Shown here piece after piece: positions 36,301-49,394 of a stretch of DNA of 64,000 bases. How positions within the stretch are numbered: position 1 is the first letter of the stretch; each line of letters opens with the position of its first letter. Source of the stretch: Guillardia theta CCMP2712 (taxonomy: Eukaryota; Protista; Cryptophyta); contig NW_005434541.1 in assembly GCF_000315625.1 (NCBI RefSeq), positions 90,401 through 154,400 on the forward strand, in the 5' to 3' direction. The notes beneath the pieces were generated by a model. It saw only the letters and a program-made list of their open reading frames with translations, did not search any database and was not told the DNA's origin. Made by a program: the position numbers and the translations under genes.

Positions 36301-36772
36301 GTTGTACGCATCCACCTGTGAGAGTAATGAGAATACTAGAACGATCATTGCTGCATTTACTGTAACATAGCATGTTGAGCAGTACTTCTCACTGAGAATT
36401 TGAGCCGTTTTCCTAGCAGCACGTGAAACACATCTCTACTCCTGTCCTTTGTCCTATCATACTATCAGTCTTGGAACAAAAGCACACAGCATGGCGGGTT
36501 TTACTGCGCTTGTAAAGAATCAGCAAAAACCGGAATCCTGCAGGTGAGAACCTTTGACTTGCGTGATTGATTGTCTTTCGTCATTGCATACAACAAATCT
36601 TTCCTAGTTTAACATCAACATCTCTTAACCTTGATCATGTAACGAAATACCCGTGTTTGATCTGGACCTCGAACTTGGAAATGTGTTGGTAAGTTGGAAT
36701 ACACCTCGAAAACTCATCTCGATATTCAACAAAACTTCATTTAAGCAGGACAATATCAGAACAAAAATCTAT

Positions 36773-37352
36773 CTAAGGAAACTCGCAGTGTTTCAAAGCC
36801 TCATCCATCCACAATGCTTGGCCTACGGAACTCAGGCCCCAACTTGTGAGGCTGCGCTCAAGGATCTCTTGATCCCTAAACGCGAGCTTATGCTTGTCTT
36901 GCAATGAGTCAATCGGCCACCACAGTCTTTCAGAGACCACAGAGCTGCTTTCGGCATCGGAACCTGGGGTTCTTGCAGATTCGTCGTCCGAAGTGTTGGA
37001 TCCCTTCGCACTGGCTTTTCTAATGTAAGGCCATTTGGGCAACCCCATTCGCCGACATGCAACTTTGAGAGCCGTTAAGGATATGCCCTGTCCCAATTGT
37101 CAGATCCATAAAATCTCACTTCGAAACACTTCTTACCAGGAAATCTGCGGCCTCTCGCTGCTGCATGGTGTATAGCTTGATGATTTGTTTCGGAGTCAAA
37201 GCAATTGCTGCCTTGCGATGTCCATCTGATGGAGGGTCATTTCTTTTCCGTCTTGGCACCACGAAAACTGTATCTGTCGTCTTCAGAGTTTCGGGAGAAT
37301 CAACAATTTCGCTGCTGTGAGAGCAGCTTGCAACGCTTTCAGAGTCTGACAT
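36773..37352 (-). CDS. RWP-RK transcription factor, copy 3 (diverged)
   Basis: VVPRRKRN..LTPKQIIKLYTMQQREAADFL|GISLTALKVACRRMGLPKWPY, with the intron at the same position as copies 1 and 2. Confidence 0.88.
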
Positions 37353-38584
37353 CGATGTCTGTTTCAGGATTTAAGGAGCAAGAAGCCTTCGAAAGAGCAG
37401 CTTTGGGAAGGTTTGGGAATAAGTACTACGCAGGAAGCAGAAGACAAGATATCGGGTGACGCGAGTAGCTCGAGGGAAAACGCTCTTGGTTTCACTTTGT
37501 GCGTGTGCAAGCAGCCACAGATGAGAAGCGAGGGGAGTCTCGTAAGGTTTTAAAGAGGAAGTCCGCGTGACTGATCCGTGATGACAGTCAGCAGTCACGG
37601 AGGCCTTTTGTTAATACCTTTCCATAGCCCCCACCTCAATTTTCCCACACAAAGTACCGGTGGTATGAGTCCTCTGAAAATCTCGAGGACTTTCCGTCCG
37701 CATCTCTTCGATCGCATGGGAGGCTCAGGTGTTGTGACCTTTCTGCACAGCCCCCACCCCCACCCCCAAATTTCCCAGAGAAAAGTTACCACCCTGCGGG
37801 TGGCTCGGAGTTCTGTTCCCTCTGTCGCGATATCTGGGCTTCTAGAGTATTCTGCTGCTGATTCTTTGCGTCAGCTCCCGCGTGACATTGCTGCGGCGCG
37901 GGGATGAAAAACTGTGGTATTCAATAGGTAAGAGAGACTCAGATACTTCCGCAATCTGAAGCGTTGTAGTAAACTACCACTAGTCACGATGGAATCAGCA
38001 GGTCACGAGCTTGCGAATCGTTGTTCACGGCATAAGGCTGGAAACAGTCGGCCCGGACCTCGCCGGGCCCGCCGGACCCGGCCGTCACTGAAGTGAGAGT
38101 AGTACTGCCGGGTATCCTGATGGGCGTCAGAGGTTACCTGTTAGACCGGTGTTTAGACTGGGAAATGACAGGGTGGTCGGTGTAGGGGTGGTCAAAAGCG
38201 CGGGAAACAAGCGTGCCAGACAACTAAAGGGAGGAAAGGAGGGGAGGAATGGCGGAGGAGAGGAGGAATGGCGGAGGAGGGAGGAATGGCGGGGGAGGGG
38301 AGGAATGGCACTCATGGGCGAGATCCAGGAGAAGTATTCATGACACGAGAAAATGATTTGTTCTCAAGGCGCTTGTTGATTGCATAGTGAAAAAACGATC
38401 GTTCAGAGCAGGGTGCACAAGTACATTCATGGAAGATGAATATCATATCCTTAGGCATATGAAACATCGAAGACAGGATATAGCTTACAGGGCAATACTT
38501 TGAGGGCTAGCTTTCCGCAGAGTATCTCACAATCATATGCTCTTGTGCGCGCAGAGAGTTGACACTGGTCTGCAGCAGCTTGCA

Positions 38585-41305
38585 ATGCCCACGGCCAGGG
38601 CTACGCGCAGCAGAAAACAAGCGAGTGCGGAGTGTAAGAATACAAGGTGACTAGTCGCTAAAGCATTCGAGATGTCTGATTTCAGTTGTTTCGGCAGCTC
38701 CAGTGGACTGAAGAAGTTCTTTGCAAAGGAAGAAGACAAGCAGAAACCGGAGATCACTGTCGATGACTCCACTCTGTCAGCAAACCTCAGCACAGCCTCG
38801 ACACCGGCAGACTCCAAGAGGAAACCCGAGGAAAAGGTGGAGGTGGTGGCTGTCGAGGACGGACGAGCTCTCGAAGGAGAGTTTCAAGAGAAAACTGAGG
38901 AAAATGACGAGGAAAAACTGAAAGAAGACGACGACAACGAGGATTCGCAGGATACGGATGATGCCGGTGCTGACGCTGATTGGGCCGAAGAGGAGAGGAA
39001 GCTCCGTGCAGAGAATGACCTTCGAATCCAAAAGCAGCGTAGCAAAGGCAAAAAAGTAGGGATGAAGGAGAAGGTTGCCCTGTTAGATAACCTGCTTCAG
39101 AAGGCAGCAGCGTACACAGCTTTCCTGAGAGAACGCATGAGGGAAGTTCATCAGGATAACGATAACTCCAAGTCCGGTCCCACAGGCAGCGCAAAAGGGA
39201 ATGATGAAGAAAGGGATCCTCGCCAACCCAAAATGGTGACAGGCGGAGTTATGCGCAAGTATCAGATTGAAGGCATGATGTGGATATGCTCTCTTTATGA
39301 AAATGGATTGAATGGAATCCTCGCGGATGAGATGGGGTTGGGGAAGACCATTCAATCAGTTTCCTTTCTGGCACACTTGTACAGTATGGGAGTGAAAGGC
39401 CCGTTCATGATCGTTGCACCATTGAGCACTGTGACGAACTGGCAACGAGAGTTTGCGAGATGGACACCATCGATTGAAACAGTGCTTTATCATGGGAGCA
39501 AGGAGGAACGAAGGGCGCTCAGAGAGCAGATTGGGTTTGAAAACAAGGTCAAGCATCCTCCAAGCAAGAGCTTTCCTGTGATCATCACCTCATTCGAAGT
39601 AGCAATGAACGATGCAAAGAAGTTGGCGAATCTAAACTGGAAATATTTGATTGTAGATGAAGGACATCGCCTGAAAAACAAGGATTGCAGACTGCTCCGA
39701 GAGTTGAAAAGTCTTAACTCCGACAACCGGCTCTTGTTGAGTGGAACTCCTCTCCAAAACAATCTGACTGAGCTCTGGTCCTTGCTCCATTTCATCTTGC
39801 CAGACATCTTCCAGGACCTTGCAACATTCCAGACTTGGTTCGATTTTGATGAAGAGCTCCATGCTGAGAAAGGAACGGCAAGAATCATTGAAGAAGAGAG
39901 TAAGAACAAGACAGTCTCTAAACTCCATGCTATCTTGGATCCCTTCTTGCTTCGACGCCTCAAGACCGACGTCTTGATCAACCTTCCGAAGAAAAGAGAA
40001 TACATCCTGATGGCACCACTCACTGAATCTCAAGAAAAAATCAACAAATCGATTGCGGACAAGAGCCTTGACTCATTCCTGTCGGAGCAAATCACGGAGT
40101 TTGAAGTTACAGATGGAAATTGGGAAAGACAAGGCGCTGTAAACAACAAGGCGATGTCTCTTATGAACGTCCTTATGCAAATGAGAAAGAACTGCAACCA
40201 CCCTTATCTTTTTACAGCCCCTTTCGATTCATTAGGCAACATCGTGGTGGATGAGCGACTTGTCAAATCTGCTGGGAAGCTGCAGCTGTTGGACCGAATG
40301 TTGACTATTTTGAGGAAGAATGGACACAAGGTGCTCATCTTTAGTCAGGTGAGGGCAGAACCGTCTGTTGCTGTCTCTGAGATGTTTTTGTAGATGACAA
40401 AGATGTTGGACCTGCTGGAAGATTATCTCGAGCTTCGGGGATGGCCCTCCCACCGCATTGACGGGACTGTGAATTGGAAAGACAGACAGGTACAGCATTG
40501 GTCAGCTTGCATTAAGATTTGACTTGCTTGTAGTCGCTGATGGATGACTACAACTCGCCGACGTCAAACTCTTTCGTGTTTTTGCTTTCAACGCGCTCTG
40601 GAGGGCTGGGGATCAATCTGACGACGGCAGGTGGATGAGTGAATGGTTGTTGACTTCAAGCCTCGCTCACGTCTTGTTCTACTAGATACCGTCATCATCT
40701 ACGATGGAGACTTTAATCCGCAACAAGACCTTCAGGCCATGGATCGCTGTCACCGTATCGGACAGACAAAACCAGTCAGTGTCTTCCGTCTCATCACAGT
40801 CCAAAGTGTGGAATCAAAGATTTTCGAGAGAGCAAGCAACAAGCGCAAGCTGGAGTTGGTGGCTATTGCAAGGAAACGATTCAAAGTGTCCGACAAAGTT
40901 GAACACGCTGCCGACATCAACCAGCTACAGGCTGCCGGTCAGGCTGTTTCCGAGGAAGACAAGCGTTCTTTGGTATGACATGAGATGTGCCGTCCCTCGT
41001 TTGATTTTGTGTCTAGGTGAAGAACTTGACTGAGATCCGACAGTCGATCAGCTCGACCGAGTTGGTTGAGTTGCTGAAGCCCAAGGTAACGGTTAAATAA
41101 CTCCCTGACCTCGAGCCCTGAGCGTTCGCAGTCTCTGGATGACGTGAACAAGGAGGTTATCAGCGAGCCTGACTTGGAAATGCTGCTGCTGAAGCGAGGA
41201 GGTAAGCGACGCTTCGGCTTGATGTCGCCCCTTGCATCTGACGCCATCCCGTCAGACGATGGGTCGGAGGAGGACGGGAAGGGCTGGCACTTCATTCCCT
41301 CATGA
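38585..41305 (+). CDS. DDM1: SNF2-family chromatin remodeler, DDM1/HELLS (LSH) subfamily
   Basis: N-terminal [20 protein letters not shown] coil typical of HELLS/DDM1. [49 protein letters not shown] and [15 protein letters not shown]. Confidence 0.9.
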
Positions 41306-41349
41306 GCTTTGTTTGTCTATACTTCTACTTGTAGTCAACCTTTAAACCC

Positions 41350-43464
41350 TCAACATCGGACGAGAGTCCCGTTCTCCTGCAGGGCTGCCATGAAGCCCAA
41401 GACTCCCGCAGCTGAGAGGCCGCAACTAGCAACGTTCACCACCTGGAGGTTCCGGAGCCTCCCGAGGTAGCGCGAGATCTCACCGGAAGCTTCATCGCCC
41501 AGCTGGTTGTCCGAGAGGTCGAGCTCGCGCAGCATTGGGTTGTACATGAGGGCATGGGCGATGCGTAGGCAGCCATCAGGCCCCAGCTGATTCGAGGAGA
41601 CGTCAAGAGCGACCAGACTCTCGTTGCCTTGCAGAACCTCCGCCAACCTCGTCGCGCCCGTGTCATGCAACTTGTTTCCACCTAGCCACAGTCTCTCTAT
41701 GATAGAGTCGTGGCCCAGCACGCTTCTCAGCTTCTCTACTCCTGCGCTGCTTAGCTCGTTCTGGCTCAAGTCCAGCTGAGACACCCTGCAGTGATCCCCC
41801 TGCATGGCTTGAGTTAAAGTTTGCACGTCCGAGTCGCTCACGCGGCTCCCGCGCAAGCTGAGAAAGGAGGCGCCGGTTCGGATCCTCTGCATCGCTGTGT
41901 GCAGCGTGACCCGGAGCATAAGGTCCTCGTGCGACGCTGCCTTCCTCTGCCCTCCCAGCGACTTCTGCATATCTCTCGCCTCCTCCTCTACTTCCTCAAG
42001 ACGCCGGAGGAGCTCGGGCTCTCCTGCCTCCTCCCCAGCCTGCTTCCGAGCACGCGCAAGGCAGACCATGGCAGCTTCGAAGTCTTTCTCTTTGAGGCTG
42101 CTGAACCAGTCAGTCCTGCATGTCGCTGCTCCTCCACCCTCACAGCTCCTCTGCTTGCTCGATGCCCTTGATCAGCGACGCACGCCCAGCTGCTCTTTCC
42201 AACTCTCTCTGCGTCCAACGTCAATCAAGCCCGGCGACCAGACAGCTCTGACCTCCTGCTCCTCGAGCGCGTCCATAAGCAGCCGGTCCTGCGCACGCTT
42301 GACGAGGTGGAGGGTAAGAAGGAAACAGCACCAGGTCGGCATTGCCATGCAAGTCGACGCGCTCTATGAGCTCGAGGAGGTGAACGGGAAAGTCACTGCA
42401 GGAGTTGTTGCGCAGGCTGAGGACGAGCACGTCATCAAGACAGAGAGAGACAGCAACGACCTTAGCAGTCTCAGTGACGTCATCCTCCCTAGACATTCGG
42501 GGAACGCAGGGCCTATGCCGTTGCTGTCGAGGACCAACTCTCGCAAGGTCTGCAAGATCAGACTTGATGAGGAAAAGAGCAGAGGAGAGGGAGAGGGTGA
42601 GAGACCGGATGATCGAAGTTCGCTGTCAGCAGCTCACGCACTCCGTCATTGCGCAACTTGTTGCCCTTTAGATTCAAGCTTACGAGGGTGGAACATGTCT
42701 CTGAGTGTGATGGTTGGTCAGTCAACAAGAGAGATTCTGTTTCTTCTCTCACGCAAAAATGCTCCTAAGCCGCTCGCTCCTTCGCTCCCGATCGCGTTCA
42801 TTGACATGTCAAGCTTGGTCAGGCTCGTCGCTCGTTTGACATGCTGGAGTATGCTCGGAACTAAAAGGCAGACGTTGACCTAGGCCGGCGACAACCAAGT
42901 CCAAACCTTGAGGGTCATGAATGTGCAGGTGGGACAGTATCACTTCTGAGCTCTCCAGCTGGATCTTATTCAGCGTATGAGCCACCTTTTGTTCAACTTT
43001 CTCAGCTGCTTGACTCGCGATCCGTGCGGCCTCTTGCTCGAAATCAGCTTCAACCTGAGGCATCTGGAAGTGAGAAGTGCTGGTCGAGCAGCGACTGGTC
43101 ACCTTCCAAGGCGCAAAGTCGAGATTCTCTGTAAACGACCGCAAACTTGGACCCTCGTGGCTCGGAAGGTCCACGGGCTGTTGAAGGACATGCTGGAACT
43201 CAGCGATGATGGCTTCCTCTTGCGAGTCTTTCTTCATGTACTGCAAACACGGGTGACCAACGTCTTCACGGCCTCAATCACCTTGAGGAGAACAAGCCCG
43301 CTGTTTCCTGCTACTTCTTCGTCGTCACTTGAGAACTTCCCTTCTTCCGCCAATCGCTGAACACATACTCTCAGCATGATTCCTCTCAGGGTCGCCATTA
43401 CCTTGTTCCTCTCTTTCTTCTGTTGCAGCTTTGCACGTTCTTTCACTTGTCTGTACTTGCCCAT
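41350..43464 (-). CDS. Leucine-rich repeat protein (ribonuclease-inhibitor/NLRC3-like LRRs)
   Basis: Repeats LDLSQNELSSAG, LWLGGNKLHDTGA, LDVSSNQLGPDG, LDLSDNQLGDE and LNLKGNKLRNDG across several exons. Confidence 0.8.
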
Positions 43465-43936
43465 TGAGCCTCTTGTTGCCTCAAAACAACCTCAGCGGCT
43501 GACAAGTCTGGTTACATCATTAAATGCTCATCTGCAAAGATTGAAGTAAGATTCACAACTCGAGGCTGAGCTCACACTGAGCGGCAAGAGAAGCATAACT
43601 CTCGCATGATCATCTTCACAACTGATTGACTGCCGTCACCTCGATCTCAGCCCTTCTCCTCGTCTTCTCGTGTCCTCTCTTCCTCTCTTCTGCTCACACT
43701 GGTAGCTACTCCGCCATGTCGGAAATCTTCTACTGAATCTTCACTACTGCTTCACTATCTGTTTGGTTGGGAAGGAGGGCGATGAGTGATCCCACAAACC
43801 CAGGCAGATCAGCTCCAAGAGCATGGCGGGATAGGGGAGGGAGGTGGGGAGGGCGAGGAACAGAGGGGAGAAGAAGAGAGGAAGATGATGGAACAAGAGA
43901 CATGAAGACTTCTGCAGACAAGTTTCCTATCTGAGA

Positions 43937-44080
43937 GTGATCGGTTGTCGCTGTTGTGGTACAAACTTGCAAGTGATCGGTTGTCGCTGTTGTGGTACAA
44001 ACTTGCAAGTGATCGGTTGTCGCTGTTGTGGCACAAACTTGCAAGTGATCGGTTGTCGCTGTTGTGGTACAAACTTGCAA
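43937..44080 (+). repeat. 36-nt tandem repeat, 4 copies (GTGATCGGTTGTCGCTGTTGTGGTACAAACTTGCAA)
   Basis: Four contiguous copies with one substitution and no spacers. Confidence 0.97.
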
Positions 44081-44225
44081 GTGCAGGTGCGGATCTTTCA
44101 TGACGGCCACGAGGCATGCCTCCTCGCCGTGGAAGAGCGCATGCGTCTCTTGACATGAAGTCAGTCGGGGGTCAGGGACTGCCTTGCCGGGGTAATGGAG
44201 AGATGAAGCTCGTAGGAGCTGATGA

Positions 44226-47200
44226 ATGATGGTGGTAGTGTTAAGAAAGCTCCTGGTCGTGCTCCTGCTGGCCCTGACGAGCGCGAAGAAGAAGCGGCAT
44301 TCTACACGAGTGATGCCCATGAAGCAAACAAGTCAAGTCACTGACTGATCCTCAAGAATGCTCTCAAAGAAGCTTTCGACCTTCACCAGACTCAAAGGTG
44401 ACTCTTATTGAAATCCTCTCCATGACATCATGTCTTACCGCTGTCAGGTATGCGGAAGCTGAAACCGCATACAAACAAGCGATCGAGGTTTTCCGGAACA
44501 AGGTGAATGATGGAGACAGCAGGTAGATGAGAGGTCAACCCTTGCGATGCAAACCTTGTGCTTCAGTGTGTTGGAGCCCTACTCCATCGCTTGCCACAAC
44601 CTCGCGCACATATCACATCATAACTTGCATAAGTCAGAAGCTGCGAGAGGTGTTTACTTTCCTTCATCTCAAATTTTCTACACGTATTCAAACCTGGTGT
44701 CTCGAATTTCATGCCCTTGAAAATTTTACCTTGTCGTCTCATAGAATTCTTCCTGGAGGCGACGAGAATTTCTCCAAAATATTTCGAGGCCTATCACAAC
44801 CTGGGTAACTCGGTCAGATCGTGAGTCCTGTCGCTCAGACTATCTTAGGTCAGGTGCTCCAGGATATGCAGAGATACCAAGAGGTGCACTGCAACTGATG
44901 AGGATGATGAGGAGGAGGTTGAGCTTCGCTTCTAGGCTATCACGTATTTCAAGATAGAGGCGAAGATTCGGCCTGGTAGCTAAGAAGCTTTCTTGCCGGG
45001 TATTGTTGACACGTGTTTGTGCGTGAAGACATCTCAGCCCCGTTACTGGCCGTGGCTTCCTGCTACAATCATTTGAATGAAAGGGAGAAAGTATCGACAC
45101 GAAAACCATGTCATCCATGATTGACGTCACAACTAGGCTGCTAAGTTCGCAGTGAAAGCAACCAAGCTGGATCCAACCAACACAGCTGCTTGGTGAGTGT
45201 CAGGCACAAGCGTTTCTACTCTCTTCAGATTAAGTTGAGTTCTCACGCCGTGGGGAAGGAATGGAGCTGGATGGTTTCTGCACTTGGCGGGTAGGGATGT
45301 ACTTGAGCGACGATTAGGGTGACTAAAGAGAAAGGCCGTTCAAGAGATTCAGAGCGAGTTCTGAAGAAAGGAATCAGATTGCATCCAAGTGATGGCGGTG
45401 GTTTGGACCTTTCATCGGCTGACTCTTGGTGTTTGTAGACAACGCTCACATGTATCTCCATAGGTTTGAGACTGATTCGGTTCGAAGCTTTCAGTGACCC
45501 CTTGCAGAGGAAAGGCTTTGTCGGACCTTCACGACTGGGATGCTGCCGTAACATCAGCGGACAAAAGTATTCCAATCTGAAGTTGAACATAAAGGCCTCC
45601 ATGTTGCTCAAGTCCATCAAGCTGGAAAATAACAATCCGGAGTCGAAGCTGGCAAATAATACTTGTGTAAACACGCCGAAGTATGACACAGCTTGACAGC
45701 TGCTGGGAATGGTCTACTTTTCCAGTGCGGACAGGTATCGTCTATACAGCTGTTTCAGTCACTCAATCGCGAAGTGGGATCAAGAATGAAACTTCTGCTG
45801 TGTGGAAGCTGTGCAAGAGATAGTAAGTGGCGCTGCTTTTCAAACATCTCCTCATGACAACTTGTAGCCTACAAGAGGCTCTCAATGACGGACTGACGGG
45901 CAACAACGCATTGATTGCAATGAATCATATCGCACATGCTTCGTGGCAGGTAGAGGCAGCAAACGTTCCATTACCTGGAAGATGACGGGCCTTGACCGAC
46001 AGCTCGGAGAGCATCAGCATGCACTTGGAGTTGTGGCTGCTGGGTTGAGAATGAATCCGAATTTCTGCGATCTCCACGTGCAGATTGTCTCCTTCAGGTT
46101 TTCATGCTGAGAGTCTTCCAGGTCAGGAGGCTGCAGCTGCAAATGATCGTCTGTAATTTCACAAACATCGAGGAGGGTCGACGAGAAATTCTCCGGCTGG
46201 TCTCAGAGCAGGTTCCATGACTGAAATATGTTACCGTGAAGAGATTGATTTTGGTGTAGGTCAAACAAGGTCGGCCCCCGACCGTCAATCCTTTCACTCT
46301 GCTTGTACAAGCGACCTCTGCTCTACTCGCGATGACATTCGAGTAACTGCAATGGTGCAGATGTTGAACATCGGGACGCCTCTCGACAGACTTTTCTTCT
46401 ACAGAAAGTTCACCCTCGACAAGCAACTCGCTGCTACCCGGATGGTGGAATCGACGTTGGGGTCAAGGTTACGGAGGTTGTCAGTCGTTGAGCTCCGATG
46501 CGAGCTGACGAGGCACTACTAGGAATGGAGAACGAATAAGGGACCTTGAGACGTTTGCGATCAGAAAGTTGAAGATCGGCTTCTTGTCCGCCGACTTTCG
46601 CAGTCACCCCATGGGGTACATCATGTCCGACTTTTTCAAGGCAGCGAGAAGTGAGATGACGTGGCTTCAGGACTTTCAGGTCTCGTGCTCTCTCCTCGCC
46701 CCCTCTCTCTCGTTCACTCCTTGTAGGTGTTCGCGATCTCTTTGACTCAGGATGTCGATCATGTTGCAAGAGAGGTGCTGGCAGGGATCTGCTTCCTTTC
46801 CCCCAGTCTTTCGTGCGGTGTTTTACGAGAGTTCCTCTTGCTCTCATGATGGGCGTCTGTGTTCCTTCCGAAACCCTAAATCTATCCTTGGTTTACATTG
46901 TACAACATTTTTCAATCTCCCCTCTCTACGCGTCTCCTCTCCTCTCCTCTCCTCTCCTCTCCTCTCCTCTCCTCTCCTCTCCTCTCCTCTCCTCTCCTCT
47001 CCTCTCCTCTCCTCTCCTCTCCTCTCCATTGTTCTCGAATGTATCTTACAAACCAAACCAGGTCGAGCAAACAGTCGACGTGTTTCTTCGAGTTGGCCAC
47101 CTAGACGACGAGAGGGCTGCGATAGAAATCCAGCAGCTGCGCCTGGACCTTGTGATTGAGTTGGGAGGGCACACTCGCGGCAGTCGGTTTCGTCTGCTCG

Positions 47201-48141
47201 CCCTCGACCTCGCCCCAGTTGTCATGCACTTTCAAGGGTCCATCAGCCTCCAGACTCGTCTCACTTCTCTGACTCTTATGCAGGTTTGCAGACACCATGG
47301 GGAGCGACTCTGTCCGTTACATGCTTGCTGACAAGGTCGTCGCGCCCCCTGAACTCCGCTCCTTGTACAGCGAGCACCTCGTCTACCTCAGCCCCTCCTA
47401 CCACTTCTACGCCCCCGAGCTCAATTGCTTCTCCGACTGGAATGCTGATGCTCCTCGTCGCAGCTCAGAGCGCGAGTTTCCGCTCTTTGACTCGCAGGTC
47501 AGTCCCGACCGCATAGAAGAGCACATGTGGCTGGCATGGACCCGCATCCTTCGCACCTCTCAGGGCAGCATCAGGCTCAGGCAGGGGCAGAACTCGCATG
47601 AGGAGCACGAGCTTCTGGAGGCGAACTTGAAGGCTGCGGCAGCTCGAGCAGGTCTATCTGCTTCCTCTCTTGTCTTTGTCCGGCAGATCCCGAGCAAGGA
47701 GGCTCACCTGCATCGTTTGGCGTCTGCTGATCTCTTCCTCGACACGGACTCATACTCTGCTCACTCTACAGCCCTAGACGCTCTGTGGGCGGGGCTTCCT
47801 GTCCTCACTTTCCCTCGCGAATCGTTCTCAAGCCGCCCACCTAGCAGCTTCTTGCTCGCGTTGGGTGTGGGAGAGCTTGTGGCGAGAGGGTTGGGAGAGT
47901 ATGAGGCGATGGCCAAGAGCCTCGCTAACAGTACTGGTGTAATGCAACGCTGGAGAGAGAAAGTGTGGGCTCGGAGGATGCAGTCGACCTTTTTCGACTC
48001 CAGGAAGAAGTTGCGGCAGATGAGGGTATGTCCGTGAGGGTGCTATGCAGTGGTGACCTCACCGACGCACTACAGGCGGCTTTCAGGATGACGTGGGAAA
48101 TTGGAGAGGACATGCACATCGTTGTAAGTGAGAACATCTAA
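44226..48141 (+). CDS. TPR + glycosyltransferase family 41 (OGT/SEC/SPY-like) with predicted N-terminal signal peptide; many exons
   Basis: Spliced start MMVVVLRKLLVVLLLALTSAKKKRHSTR|NALKEAFDLHQTQ|RYAEAETAYKQAI (TPR). GT41 motifs LKIGFLSADFRSHPMG, DLVIELGGHTRG, LAPVVMHFQGFADTMG and ADLFLDTDSYSAHSTALDALWAGLPV. Confidence 0.85.
46933..47027 (+). repeat. (CTCCT)n pentamer microsatellite in GT41 intron
   Basis: Directly visible. Confidence 0.95.
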
Positions 48142-48171
48142 AGATCTGACAATCCAAGCAAAGGAGCTAGT

Positions 48172-48263
48172 AGGATCAAGACACTAAGTTAAGGATCAAG
48201 ACACGTAGTTAAGGATCAAGACACGTTGTGAAGGATCAAGACACGTGGTTGTGAAGGGTCAAG
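48172..48263 (+). repeat. About 20-nt degenerate minisatellite with core AGGATCAAGACAC, 4-5 copies
   Basis: Directly visible just 3' of the GT41 stop. Confidence 0.9.
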
Positions 48264-48641
48264 GAACCGGTCACTTCCTTTCCCTTATCTGCTGGCGGCT
48301 GCACACCGAAAAATGTTGCCCTACGAAGCTTAACAATCTTCTTCGTGACGTGGCAGCATAGCGCTACGGCTACCTGGTCTTGTCGGGGAAATAATTCCCA
48401 TGTCTCACCCTCTAAAACCAAGTCGCGCTCAGTGTTATACATGGCTGAGTAGTGAGGCAGTTCTGACTGGATGGCTGAAAAAAAAAGCACCAGAGATCAA
48501 GTGAGACAACAACATCCACTGTGAGACAACAACATCCACTGTGATCATGTGAATCTGCTAGCTGTTTGGGAGGAGAGACAATTCAAGATCAACTTGGCAT
48601 TTCAATCCCAATCACGCTTTGTGGTTTTGAGGTTCTCAGAC

Positions 48642-49073
48642 TTAGAGAAAGGCGGCAGTTCCCCTGTACCAGTGGGAAGGAGCAGGAACGGTGTATCCCA
48701 TACCAGCCTTGGAAGGATCAGCGAACATGCCACTGAGCTCTCCCGGGGAAGGAAGGCAGGAGGTCTCAGATCCACCAACGCAGTTGTGGGGAGCATCTAA
48801 ACGAAACAAGTTCACGAGAAAATTAGAAAGCGCAACCAATTAATTCACTTACACATGTTGTTGGTGATCTCAGGTCCGGCACCGAGAGCAGAAAGTGGGA
48901 CGAGAGCGAAGATCTGAGTTTCATAGAAATTAGAAAACAGACGCAAATGGATCGAACTCGAAACAGACAGCTCCGGCACCGAAGGTCAGAAATGACAATC
49001 ATCGAAAGAAGGCGAGCAGGTACAGCAGAAGGCGAACAGTTTGGAGATGAGCGCATGCAAGGACTCAAACCAT
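48642..49073 (-). CDS. 72-aa microprotein, paralog A (MIFALVPLSALGAGPEITNNMYAPHNCVGGSETSCLPSPGELSGMFADPSKAGMGYTVPAPSHWYRGTAAFL)
   Basis: ATG at 49073-49071, then introns 49070-48914 and 48852-48797. Colinear with paralog B (55/72 identical by hand alignment). Placement of the first exon is inferred. Confidence 0.8.
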
Positions 49074-49364
49074 CACATTTCACAACTTTCATCTCCGACA
49101 AGACTCCCTCCCTCCCTCCCTCCGTCGCTCCGGCGCGTTCCTCTGCTCACCATTGTAGACCTGACGATTCGTACACGCCGAAGAGTCAGTGTTCTTGTAC
49201 CCCACGTTCATACCTACCCCTCCCTCTTGGATTGTTTCAACTTTTTGGACCCCATAATGTCCCCAAATAGTACCCCACCTTTGAGCAAGTCATTATCGTT
49301 GGGTTGAAAAGGACCCCATCATTTTGACATACCCACCCCTGGGCTTCGAATCTCCGACACCGAG

Positions 49365-49394
49365 TTTAGGGTTTAGGGTTTAGAGGGTTTAGGG
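49365..49394 (+). repeat. Interstitial telomere-like (TTTAGGG) tract, about 4 copies
   Basis: TTTAGGG TTTAGGG TTTAGAGGG TTTAGGG. Confidence 0.85.

Noticed and set aside
43937-44080. 36-nt repeat as a CRISPR array
   Set aside because: Units are contiguous with no spacers, no cas genes are nearby, and the context is eukaryotic.
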